From the IMG/VR virus record IMGVR_UViG_3300042326_002445, positions 159,647 to 223,646 of that record: 64,000 nucleotides of DNA; one strand, 5' to 3'. The notes beneath the pieces are model-generated. The model worked only from the letters and a program-made list of their open reading frames with translations. It searched no databases and was not told the DNA's origin. This document shows positions 56,570 to 63,735 of the stretch, in pieces; within the stretch, counting starts at the first letter, position 1, and every line of letters begins with the position of its first letter. Both the position numbers and the translations under genes were made by a program.

Positions 56570-57328
56570 ATGGAAGAACCTGATTTTGGCATCGAAGTCA
56601 CCACTTCTCCCTTTGATGGAATGCACGATGGTGATAAGATTTCCGATTGGATGGATCGTCGCGAGGACGGAGCCAGCATCAAGGAACTGTTGGAGGTGAT
56701 CTCTGACAGAACCTTTACGGCAATGGATTCTTATAGGAAAGAAAATAACCAAGATATGCCTCCACACGCGACTGCTTTCTACAGTGGTGGAGTTGCTTTT
56801 ATTTCTCCCAATAAGCTTGGTTGCATTGAAGAAAAAGACTTATTTTTTGAAGCCACTTCTCAGATCATCTATAAGGTCGCAGAAGACTTTGAAGATCAGC
56901 CGATTGTTGTTACTTTTGCATCAACAGCATGGTCTTGCTTTATGCGCAAGGAGCATGCGGAAGACTTGGATAAAATGTGTGCAGAAAAGAAAATTCCTAT
57001 CAGTTCTCAAGAATTGAAGAGCGCGCTTGTGGAGCAAGTTGTTAGAGATCATGGCTCCATGGAACAGGTCCCAGCAGATCATCCGTTCGTTTTGAAAATG
57101 GAAGTCATGGTTTTTACTTTTCATTTTCTTTCAATGGACGGGCCTATCTGTATCAGTCAATTTCGTCCCGTTAATCAGGGTGACGCAAGAATGATTGAAG
57201 ATTGTCATTTGCCGTTTTTCAACATCTTTCGTGTCGATAAGCACTTTGGGCACAATCGCGTAAACTTTGATGTGAGCAATTACGAGCCTGTCAACTTCAA
57301 GGATTCGGAGTTTTCAAATCAGGATTAA
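56570..57328 (+). CDS. hypothetical protein
   Basis: 252 aa; AGGAG RBS. Confidence 0.8.
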   Translation: MEEPDFGIEVTTSPFDGMHDGDKISDWMDRREDGASIKELLEVISDRTFTAMDSYRKENNQDMPPHATAFYSGGVAFISPNKLGCIEEKDLFFEATSQIIYKVAEDFEDQPIVVTFASTAWSCFMRKEHAEDLDKMCAEKKIPISSQELKSALVEQVVRDHGSMEQVPADHPFVLKMEVMVFTFHFLSMDGPICISQFRPVNQGDARMIEDCHLPFFNIFRVDKHFGHNRVNFDVSNYEPVNFKDSEFSNQD

Positions 57329-57330
57329 AA

Positions 57331-57657
57331 ATGCAGACGGAAAACAAAACTGTCAAGAAGAAGTCTCTTCCTCACTACGGCAAGAAGCTACCATTTGGTA
57401 TTTTTTCATTTAGAGTTTGCGTTTCCAAGGACAGGAAAGATGATCTAACCTCAGCAATCGGCGTGATGCATCATCACATTCGTGATGCATTTAGGTCTAT
57501 GACAGAAGAAGACGGTAATGTTTGTGCCGAGTTCCGATGTCAGGGAGCCTATCGAAGAAAAGCCATCATTAATCATTTTGCTGAAACGCTTCTTGATTTT
57601 GTTGTTCAACACTCCACGGACGGCATCCACTTTGGTGCTGCTGAAAGAAATGTCTAG
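57331..57657 (+). CDS. hypothetical protein
   Basis: 108 aa. Confidence 0.7.
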   Translation: MQTENKTVKKKSLPHYGKKLPFGIFSFRVCVSKDRKDDLTSAIGVMHHHIRDAFRSMTEEDGNVCAEFRCQGAYRRKAIINHFAETLLDFVVQHSTDGIHFGAAERNV

Positions 57658-58243
57658 TCAAACATGGCTGATTGGTTGCACTCACTTTGGACATGAAGCC
57701 ATGTACGGCTTCAGGCGATTCAATGGAGAGAAAGTGCGCCCTTTTTCAAGCGCAGCAGAAGGCGATGCAAAGATGGTGGAGAACTGGAACTCTGCCGTTA
57801 AGCCAGGAGACAAGGTGTATGTGCTTGGCGATGTTGCGTTCAAGCCAAAAGACATGGAGATTCTTTCAACTCTTCATGGCTCTAAGGTTCTCATCAAGGG
57901 TAACCACGACACCATGGACCTGTCCGTCTACAGGAAGTATTTTTACGACATTCGTGCCACTCATCAACTTGCTGATGAAGTGCTGTCGCACATCCCACTG
58001 CACCCAGGGTCTCTTTACAGGCACCGGAGCAAGACAAACTGGGTTAACATCCACGCACATCTTCACGCAGAAGCGGTACTGGAGAACTATGATGGCTCCC
58101 CAGACGACATTATGAGACCACATGTTTCAGAGGACTTAAGATATTTCTCTGTATGTGTAGAGAGAATTGGCTATACTCCGATATCTCTTGAAGAAGTGCG
58201 AGACAGGATTAAAAAGAGAGGCATAGTTGAAAAGAAGAACTGA
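57650..58243 (+). CDS. calcineurin-like metallophosphoesterase
   Basis: GCTHFGH, LGDV, KGNHD, LSHIP, HAHLH. Confidence 0.85.
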   Translation: MSSQTWLIGCTHFGHEAMYGFRRFNGEKVRPFSSAAEGDAKMVENWNSAVKPGDKVYVLGDVAFKPKDMEILSTLHGSKVLIKGNHDTMDLSVYRKYFYDIRATHQLADEVLSHIPLHPGSLYRHRSKTNWVNIHAHLHAEAVLENYDGSPDDIMRPHVSEDLRYFSVCVERIGYTPISLEEVRDRIKKRGIVEKKN

Positions 58244-58532
58244 TAGTTCCGAGCGCATGCACCTCATGGAAACTGGTATCCGTGAGAGAATGGAACTTGA
58301 TCAAGGTTATTCATTTAACCAGTTGATGTTTGCTGCTTCGGAGCACATTCCAGAAGGCATCAATTCAACAGAACTGAGCAAAGTAATTGACGACATGATG
58401 GCTCGCAGCATCATTATTGCAACGAGCAAAGGTGGTAAGAGTCGTTTCTTACCGTTTTTTCACGAAGAAGCAACTTACTTCATCAATCCTTTTGGAGAAC
58501 TGATGAACAAAGCAAAGGAAGCAAATGGGTAA
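58227..58532 (+). CDS. winged-helix-like hypothetical protein
   Basis: Three helices plus beta hairpin pattern; ends TYFINPFGELMNKAK. Confidence 0.55.
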   Translation: MKRRTDSSERMHLMETGIRERMELDQGYSFNQLMFAASEHIPEGINSTELSKVIDDMMARSIIIATSKGGKSRFLPFFHEEATYFINPFGELMNKAKEANG

Positions 58533-58788
58533 TTCTTTGAGTCGTTTGGAAGAAGACATCATTTGTGCTATCTCTCAGACAAGTAAGATTGATTACGATA
58601 CGCTGCAGAGATGTTTAATGAAAAAGCACAAAAGTTTGCTCAAGAGAGAGTTTGAGTACTCTGTCAACAACCTTGTCAGAGAAAATTACGTTGAAAAAAC
58701 ATGTGTAAGAGATGCTCTGGGCAAGGTGTCATGCATTGATTTTTCTCTCACGCCTTTTTACGATCTGCTGAGAGCGGCAAAAAACTGA
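58525..58788 (+). CDS. winged-helix-like hypothetical protein
   Basis: VNNLVRENYVEK...FSLTPFYDLLRAAK. Confidence 0.55.
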   Translation: MGNSLSRLEEDIICAISQTSKIDYDTLQRCLMKKHKSLLKREFEYSVNNLVRENYVEKTCVRDALGKVSCIDFSLTPFYDLLRAAKN

Positions 58789-58975
58789 AGTTTGCGGTCA
58801 CTCTGCCACTGGTCGGGATACTGATAGATAAGTATGCACCACGACCTGTTCATTTGGTTTTTTGTTATCGGACTCCCATCTGCAATTGCATTCTTGGGAT
58901 ACGCATACGCCAATGAAGTCTGGCCGTTTGATCCCAAAGTTCACTACAGCAACGATTGCTTGAGAAAGAGCAGCA

Positions 58976-59125
58976 ATGTCTACTCCAAAAGAAAAATCTG
59001 AGTACATCACTCTGTCGATTCCAGTTTCTGCCATCAAGTGCATTGTTCTTGCTGGCTTCACGGCATGGGGAGTTTGGATTCTCTTCCAGATGGTGAAAAT
59101 CATCCCCACGATCCCTTCGAAATAA
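58976..59125 (+). CDS. small membrane protein (not in ORF track)
   Basis: 49 aa MSTPKEKSEY...IVLAGFTAWGVWILFQMV. Confidence 0.55.
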   Translation: MSTPKEKSEYITLSIPVSAIKCIVLAGFTAWGVWILFQMVKIIPTIPSK

Positions 59126-59138
59126 AGGGGATTTTTCC

Positions 59139-59438
59139 GTGAATAAATCCAGTCCTTCAAGACTAGAGATTCAGGAAATGGCGATTGTTTTTTTGCGCAA
59201 AGGCAAATTGACCCTTGGCGAGATGTACGGTCTTTTTGAGGCTTATTACCGCACAAGTCACACCTCAAGAAGCAGTGAGTATTTTGCGGGAAGAATTATC
59301 AATGGTCTTAGTGCACTAGAAAAAAAGGGTGTTATTTTAGAAAGTCGCGCAGACAACCCGCATAATCCAACCTATGTCATCAACCCGATGTGGGAGATTT
59401 TAGACAAGGCTCGCACCGAAGCAGGCATCAAATCATGA
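59139..59438 (+). CDS. winged-helix-like hypothetical protein
   Basis: GLSALEKKGVI...TYVINPMWEILDKAR. Confidence 0.55.
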   Translation: MNKSSPSRLEIQEMAIVFLRKGKLTLGEMYGLFEAYYRTSHTSRSSEYFAGRIINGLSALEKKGVILESRADNPHNPTYVINPMWEILDKARTEAGIKS

Positions 59439-59842
59439 ATAGTGCCTCTTATACAGTTTTAGATGAATTGTACAGAATTTCTAAACTGCTTGATACAGAT
59501 GCGGGGGCTGTGGAGTTTGCCGTCTTACGTGAAGGCATCTCCAATCAGATTGAAGACATTGAAAGCGATGTTCTTGACTTTAAGAGAAAAGTCTTGAGCG
59601 ACTGCGATGATGTCTACGGCATCGTTGCCGGAATAGAGAAGATCAGGATGTGCTCATCTGCTCGTGACAGCATTATGTCTGTTGTTGAAAAAGCGCAGAA
59701 AGACCTTTATTCATGCATCTCTATACTTGATGATGCTGTCAGGAGCATAAACCGAGCAAGAAGTGCTGACTCTGCAAAGAGAGCTTCTTCTTATCTCTAC
59801 GACGCACACCAGTGTCTTTCAGAGGCACTTAGGCTCCTTTAA
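59435..59842 (+). CDS. helical hypothetical protein
   Basis: ATGA overlap with the upstream gene. Confidence 0.7.
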   Translation: MNSASYTVLDELYRISKLLDTDAGAVEFAVLREGISNQIEDIESDVLDFKRKVLSDCDDVYGIVAGIEKIRMCSSARDSIMSVVEKAQKDLYSCISILDDAVRSINRARSADSAKRASSYLYDAHQCLSEALRLL

Positions 59843-59864
59843 TGAATGAGGCGGGAGTATAAAA

Positions 59865-60374
59865 ATGGATAGCGATTCACGATCAGAAAAAGAGCAAATT
59901 GATTCTTTGGTCAAAGCGCTTTCCGAAAATGGAAAAGACGGCAAATCTATTGATGATTGTTTGCAAGAAGAAAAAGAAAACTTCAAGCAGAGTGCGGAAG
60001 ACTTTTGGAACAGACTTTCTAACGATGATCGTTTAAGGGCGTTCTATGAAGTCTGCAAGAGAATCCATGAAGGAGACCTTGTGCACCGTGGCTCTTACAG
60101 ATACGTTCTGTATCAGATATTTGGATTTGGTCCAGATGCGTACTTTGCAGGATTAGAGTGTGGATACATCGACATCCACAACTCCATCATGCCACCTGAA
60201 GACATAAAAAAAACAGAGAGCATTATTTCTGCCATGATGGAGGCAAGAGATGAGGCAAGACGCGAAGTGTGTGAGTTGAAGTCTCACAACTTTGAGGGAA
60301 AGATCTCTCCTCAAAGTTATGCAGCAATGAGGAAGTGGGACTGCTTCCCTGACGAATCACAGGGCCAGAAATAG
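59865..60374 (+). CDS. hypothetical protein with an RDEARREV...WDCF module
   Basis: 169 aa. Confidence 0.75.
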   Translation: MDSDSRSEKEQIDSLVKALSENGKDGKSIDDCLQEEKENFKQSAEDFWNRLSNDDRLRAFYEVCKRIHEGDLVHRGSYRYVLYQIFGFGPDAYFAGLECGYIDIHNSIMPPEDIKKTESIISAMMEARDEARREVCELKSHNFEGKISPQSYAAMRKWDCFPDESQGQK

Positions 60375-60470
60375 CGTCCTGTAATCGGTTCAGTACTTTT
60401 TTGAAATCTTGCCGTTTTCTGTGCTCTGAATCTTCAGATGTTGGACCTGTATCTATACGAGGCCACAACC

Positions 60471-60683
60471 ATGAATACTTGCAAAGCAATCGAACAGTTC
60501 ATGAAAGAAAACGGCTTTTTCATTTCAAGAAAAGGCAAACACTTAGTTTGGAAGAATCGTGATGGAGCAACTGTGGTGACAAGCAAAACTCCATCAGACC
60601 ACAGAACATTGAAAAACATAGAGTCATTAGTCAGAAAAATTAGACGGACAAACAGTTTGGCTAGTTTAAAAAATGCGGCATAA
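60471..60683 (+). CDS. HicA-like (dsRBD-fold) protein
   Basis: FMKENGF...KGKHLVWK...VVTSKTPSD, the HicA G-x-H pattern. Confidence 0.6.
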   Translation: MNTCKAIEQFMKENGFFISRKGKHLVWKNRDGATVVTSKTPSDHRTLKNIESLVRKIRRTNSLASLKNAA

Positions 60684-60724
60684 ATTTTCATTTTAAAAAG
60701 TGTCGGAAAAGTAGCATACACCTC

Positions 60725-60752
60725 TTGACAGCCCCCAACGGTTGCGTAAACT
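60725..60752 (+). promoter_or_regulatory. sigma70-like promoter, predicted leaderless transcript
   Basis: TTGACA 60725-60730, 16 nt, TAAACT 60747-60752; ATG 60759 at +7. Confidence 0.75.
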
Positions 60753-60758
60753 ACCTCT

Positions 60759-61049
60759 ATGACACTTGCCACTTCTACGAAAAAGCCATCGAAGCACCAC
60801 TACTTCATCCATTACAAGAAGGGTGACTACATCTCCACCAGAGATCTGCTGGAGGAGCGTTACGAAAGCGCCGTGTACGGATCAGGCATGTTCATCCAGA
60901 CGGGAGCATTCGACATCCACCTGTACTGCACTTCACAGAAGTTCAGAAACATCAAGCGGCTTCTCCATCGGAATGTCGTGAACAAGCTTGGGTCGCCCAT
61001 TAGTTTCAACTACACCCGCCAGACTGCTGCCGAATACAACAAGAGATAA
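60759..61049 (+). CDS. hypothetical protein, paralog of 63465..63734
   Basis: KKP.K.HY...Y..GDY...GSG....FD.H.YCT shared. Confidence 0.75.
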   Translation: MTLATSTKKPSKHHYFIHYKKGDYISTRDLLEERYESAVYGSGMFIQTGAFDIHLYCTSQKFRNIKRLLHRNVVNKLGSPISFNYTRQTAAEYNKR

Positions 61050-61070
61050 TTCTGAAACAAGGAAACCACC

Positions 61071-61901
61071 ATGCCTGCCAAAAAGAAAAACAAGATCAAT
61101 CCCATTCTTGCAAAGTTCTTTAAAGATGCTGTTCACAGCGACAACTTCTTAAAATTGATAGCCAAAAATTTTGCAGAGATTGATTTCTCCTATTACTCCA
61201 ACAAGCTGGATGAGCCTTTTGTGTTTTGCCTTCTGGACCTTGTGAACTGCAAGGACAAGAAGATGAAGGAGATCGCATACAATGTTGCTCAGCAATCGCT
61301 GTCGAAGCGGTGCATCGACAAGGCTCTTGCGTCCAAAGATTGCCGTCTCATGTGTATGGCTATCGAAAATGCTCGTCTGACAAAGGAGCAGGAACTCATT
61401 TGCATGACCTGCGAGTATGAGGATGTGCGGGGAACTGCTGCAGACAGTTGTCACGCGAGCAAGACGGTTTTGGGGCTTGCGCTTCAGGACGCTTCCCGGA
61501 GGGTCCGCATGGAGGCAGTAAGTAACTCCGAGATGCTCAATTACAGTGATTTGGCTGTTCAGGCTCTTAGCAGTCGTTCTCCAGATATTCGCACATCCAT
61601 CACAAAATACGCCTGTTGGAGCAAGACGGTGTGCGGTGCTGATGTTCACAAGGCTGCATTGGTCAGCAAATGGACCGATGTCCGCATTGAGATCGCTGAA
61701 AGTTCCGTGTACCTCACGGAGGGTCAGTGGCATACTCTTCTGGAAGACCCCAACAAAAATGTTCGCAAGGCAGCGCGTAAGCACCCGAACGCAAAGAAGT
61801 GGAAAGATCCTCTTCGCGCTCTTCTCCGCAAGGCTCGTGCTGCGCGCAAGGCGGGCAAAGTGGTCATCGAATCCCCCGCAGCAGAACCCATTGCCGACTG
61901 A
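61071..61901 (+). CDS. HEAT/LRV-like repeat protein
   Basis: Recurrent LxDxxxxVRxxA units (ALQDASRRVRMEA, LLEDPNKNVRKAA). Confidence 0.75.
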   Translation: MPAKKKNKINPILAKFFKDAVHSDNFLKLIAKNFAEIDFSYYSNKLDEPFVFCLLDLVNCKDKKMKEIAYNVAQQSLSKRCIDKALASKDCRLMCMAIENARLTKEQELICMTCEYEDVRGTAADSCHASKTVLGLALQDASRRVRMEAVSNSEMLNYSDLAVQALSSRSPDIRTSITKYACWSKTVCGADVHKAALVSKWTDVRIEIAESSVYLTEGQWHTLLEDPNKNVRKAARKHPNAKKWKDPLRALLRKARAARKAGKVVIESPAAEPIAD

Positions 61902-61909
61902 GGAGTCCC

Positions 61910-62131
61910 ATGGATTTCGACATGAACAGACCGACATCTTCCACCCGTGCAGATTTCATTCGTGATCTGCGAGAAATTGCTGCCGAAGCAAAAAATGGCG
62001 CAGATTTGGAAGACTGCCGTAAGCGAGCAGAAGAAGTTCTATGGAAATTGGCGAGGCTTGGCATCTACCCACATCCAACACACACCGAGTGGTTTCAGCC
62101 AATCTCCAAAGCATTGGGCTGGGATGATTAA
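61910..62131 (+). CDS. hypothetical protein
   Basis: GAGGAG RBS before ATG 61910. Confidence 0.7.
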   Translation: MDFDMNRPTSSTRADFIRDLREIAAEAKNGADLEDCRKRAEEVLWKLARLGIYPHPTHTEWFQPISKALGWDD

Positions 62132-62169
62132 ACATAAATATTCTTTTGAAGTGAAAGGAATCACGCAAG

Positions 62170-62547
62170 ATGGCACTTGAACCAAAGCCACAGGAAATAA
62201 GGCTGAGACACATCAACGAGTCACTTTCTGAGGCAATCAGATATTTTGATCCAGACAGATGGTATGAACATCGTCTTCTGATGCTTCAAATGAAGGACAT
62301 GATTGACGAACTCGTGTCTCAACGCGACGATGCGAGGGAGCAGGAAGAGCGCTTTTCCGATGATGCCCTGCGCCTGATGGAGGAGCGCAATCAGGCGCTG
62401 AAGGAGCGTGACGAGGCAAGACGAGAAGTTGCCCAGTCGCAAGCGCAGTACAACTCCCTCATGTTTGACAATTCTCGTTTACACGATCCTCATGCCATTG
62501 CTGAGTCAAGGGGCTGGGACTGCTTCAAGAAAGATGACGGTAAGTGA
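62170..62547 (+). CDS. coiled-coil protein with an RDEARREV...GWDCF module
   Basis: 125 aa; shares its module with 59865..60374. Confidence 0.75.
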   Translation: MALEPKPQEIRLRHINESLSEAIRYFDPDRWYEHRLLMLQMKDMIDELVSQRDDAREQEERFSDDALRLMEERNQALKERDEARREVAQSQAQYNSLMFDNSRLHDPHAIAESRGWDCFKKDDGK

Positions 62548-62687
62548 AGATAAGTCCCCAAACTCTTGATCTATTGGATTTGTTGTGGCTCAACTTCATG
62601 ATTCTGACCTTTATTGCTTTTCTGTGTGTCGGCATTGCCATCGGCATGACAGAGATTGAGATACACGAAATGAGGAATTTCAAGTGA
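62544..62687 (+). CDS. small membrane protein (not in ORF track)
   Basis: GTGA coupling at both ends; hydrophobic FMILTFIAFLCVGIAIG. Confidence 0.55.
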   Translation: MKISPQTLDLLDLLWLNFMILTFIAFLCVGIAIGMTEIEIHEMRNFK

Positions 62688-63058
62688 GCAAGAAGTATCG
62701 CAAGGCGACAAATGACATTGTGGAAGGCGCGTTTACTGCTTCTCACTCCCGTAGCGAACGAATGCTGTCAAAGTGCATGAGAGATCCGCATCCCTTGATC
62801 CGTTTTGCGGCGGCAGGAAATCCAAACGCCACGGCAAAAATACTCCGATTGGCAATGGCAGATCCGTGTCCAGAAGTTCGTGGAGCAGCCGCTTCCAATG
62901 GAAGGATCAGCCGTTCTCTGTGGAATGAAGCTGCCATTGACTCCAGCAAGCTTGTTCGCTCCGAAGCAGCAGCAAACGCCAAGGCAATCAGGAGTGGATG
63001 GAATGATCCACTTCACTCCTTGCTCTACAGTGCTAAAAAGAAAAAATTGAAGAAGTAA
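62684..63058 (+). CDS. LRV/HEAT repeat protein
   Basis: DPHPLIRFAAAGNPNAT, DPCPEVRGAAASN, DSSKLVRSEAAAN. Confidence 0.8.
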   Translation: MSKKYRKATNDIVEGAFTASHSRSERMLSKCMRDPHPLIRFAAAGNPNATAKILRLAMADPCPEVRGAAASNGRISRSLWNEAAIDSSKLVRSEAAANAKAIRSGWNDPLHSLLYSAKKKKLKK

Positions 63059-63101
63059 TCTTTATCTTTTATGTAATCTATGTCAAAGTAGCGTACTATA
63101 C

Positions 63102-63130
63102 TTGACGGCGCTAGCCTCTTGTGCTACCAT
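63102..63130 (+). promoter_or_regulatory. sigma70-like promoter, near-leaderless
   Basis: TTGACG 63102-63107, 17 nt, TACCAT 63125-63130; ATG at 63140. Confidence 0.7.
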
Positions 63131-63139
63131 ACGATGAGC

Positions 63140-63445
63140 ATGGCTAAGAACAGTACTCCTGAAGAACTCCTGAAAGACTTAGGCAGTAAGAATGGTTATG
63201 TCCGCTGTGCTGCTGCGGAGCATCCCAATGCTACTCCCGAAGTCCTGCTGAAGGCAATCGAAGACAGGTCTGTTCGTGTGCGCCGCCATGCTGCCCGGAA
63301 TCCCAATGCCACTCCCGAAGTACTCCTGAAGGCAATTGGAGACAAGGATTGGTCCGTTTGCAGCGCTGCTCAAGAGAGTTTACAAAACGATCCCCTTCTT
63401 CAACTCCAAGTCTCTGCTCTGAAGGCACAGAAAGCCGCCTCTTAA
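63140..63445 (+). CDS. 26-aa leucine-rich-variant (LRV) repeat protein
   Basis: PNATPEVLLKAI repeated at a 78-nt period. Confidence 0.85.
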   Translation: MAKNSTPEELLKDLGSKNGYVRCAAAEHPNATPEVLLKAIEDRSVRVRRHAARNPNATPEVLLKAIGDKDWSVCSAAQESLQNDPLLQLQVSALKAQKAAS

Positions 63446-63464
63446 GAAAATTAAGGAAAACAAA

Positions 63465-63734
63465 ATGACTAATAAAATCAAGACCAAGAAGCCGATCAAG
63501 TACCACTACATTTTCTTTTACAGCCGTGGAGATTATTTTGATATTTCTCATGCACTTGAAGATTTTTACCAGCCATATTTTTGCGGGAGTGGCTGTGGAG
63601 GGAGTGGATTTGATGTCCACTTTTACTGCACCGCCAAGGAATACAAGCGCATTGTAGCGTTTGCCCGTCGCAATTATGGCAAGATCAAGAGCGTCATTCG
63701 TTATACCGATGAAGCCTTTAATGGAGATAGCTGA
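63465..63734 (+). CDS. hypothetical protein, paralog of 60759..61049
   Basis: AAGGA RBS; shared HY/GDY/GSG/FD.H.YCT motifs. Confidence 0.75.
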   Translation: MTNKIKTKKPIKYHYIFFYSRGDYFDISHALEDFYQPYFCGSGCGGSGFDVHFYCTAKEYKRIVAFARRNYGKIKSVIRYTDEAFNGDS

Positions 63735-63735
63735 C

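Noticed and set aside
58798-59268. 156-aa minus-strand ORF
   Set aside because: Antisense to a continuous plus-strand operon; the plus strand carries small membrane ORFs here (e.g. 58976..59125)
61149-61965. Long overlapping ORFs (262 aa minus, 139 aa plus) and 63231..63737 minus
   Set aside because: Shadow frames of the GC-richer repeat genes, with no motifs or RBS
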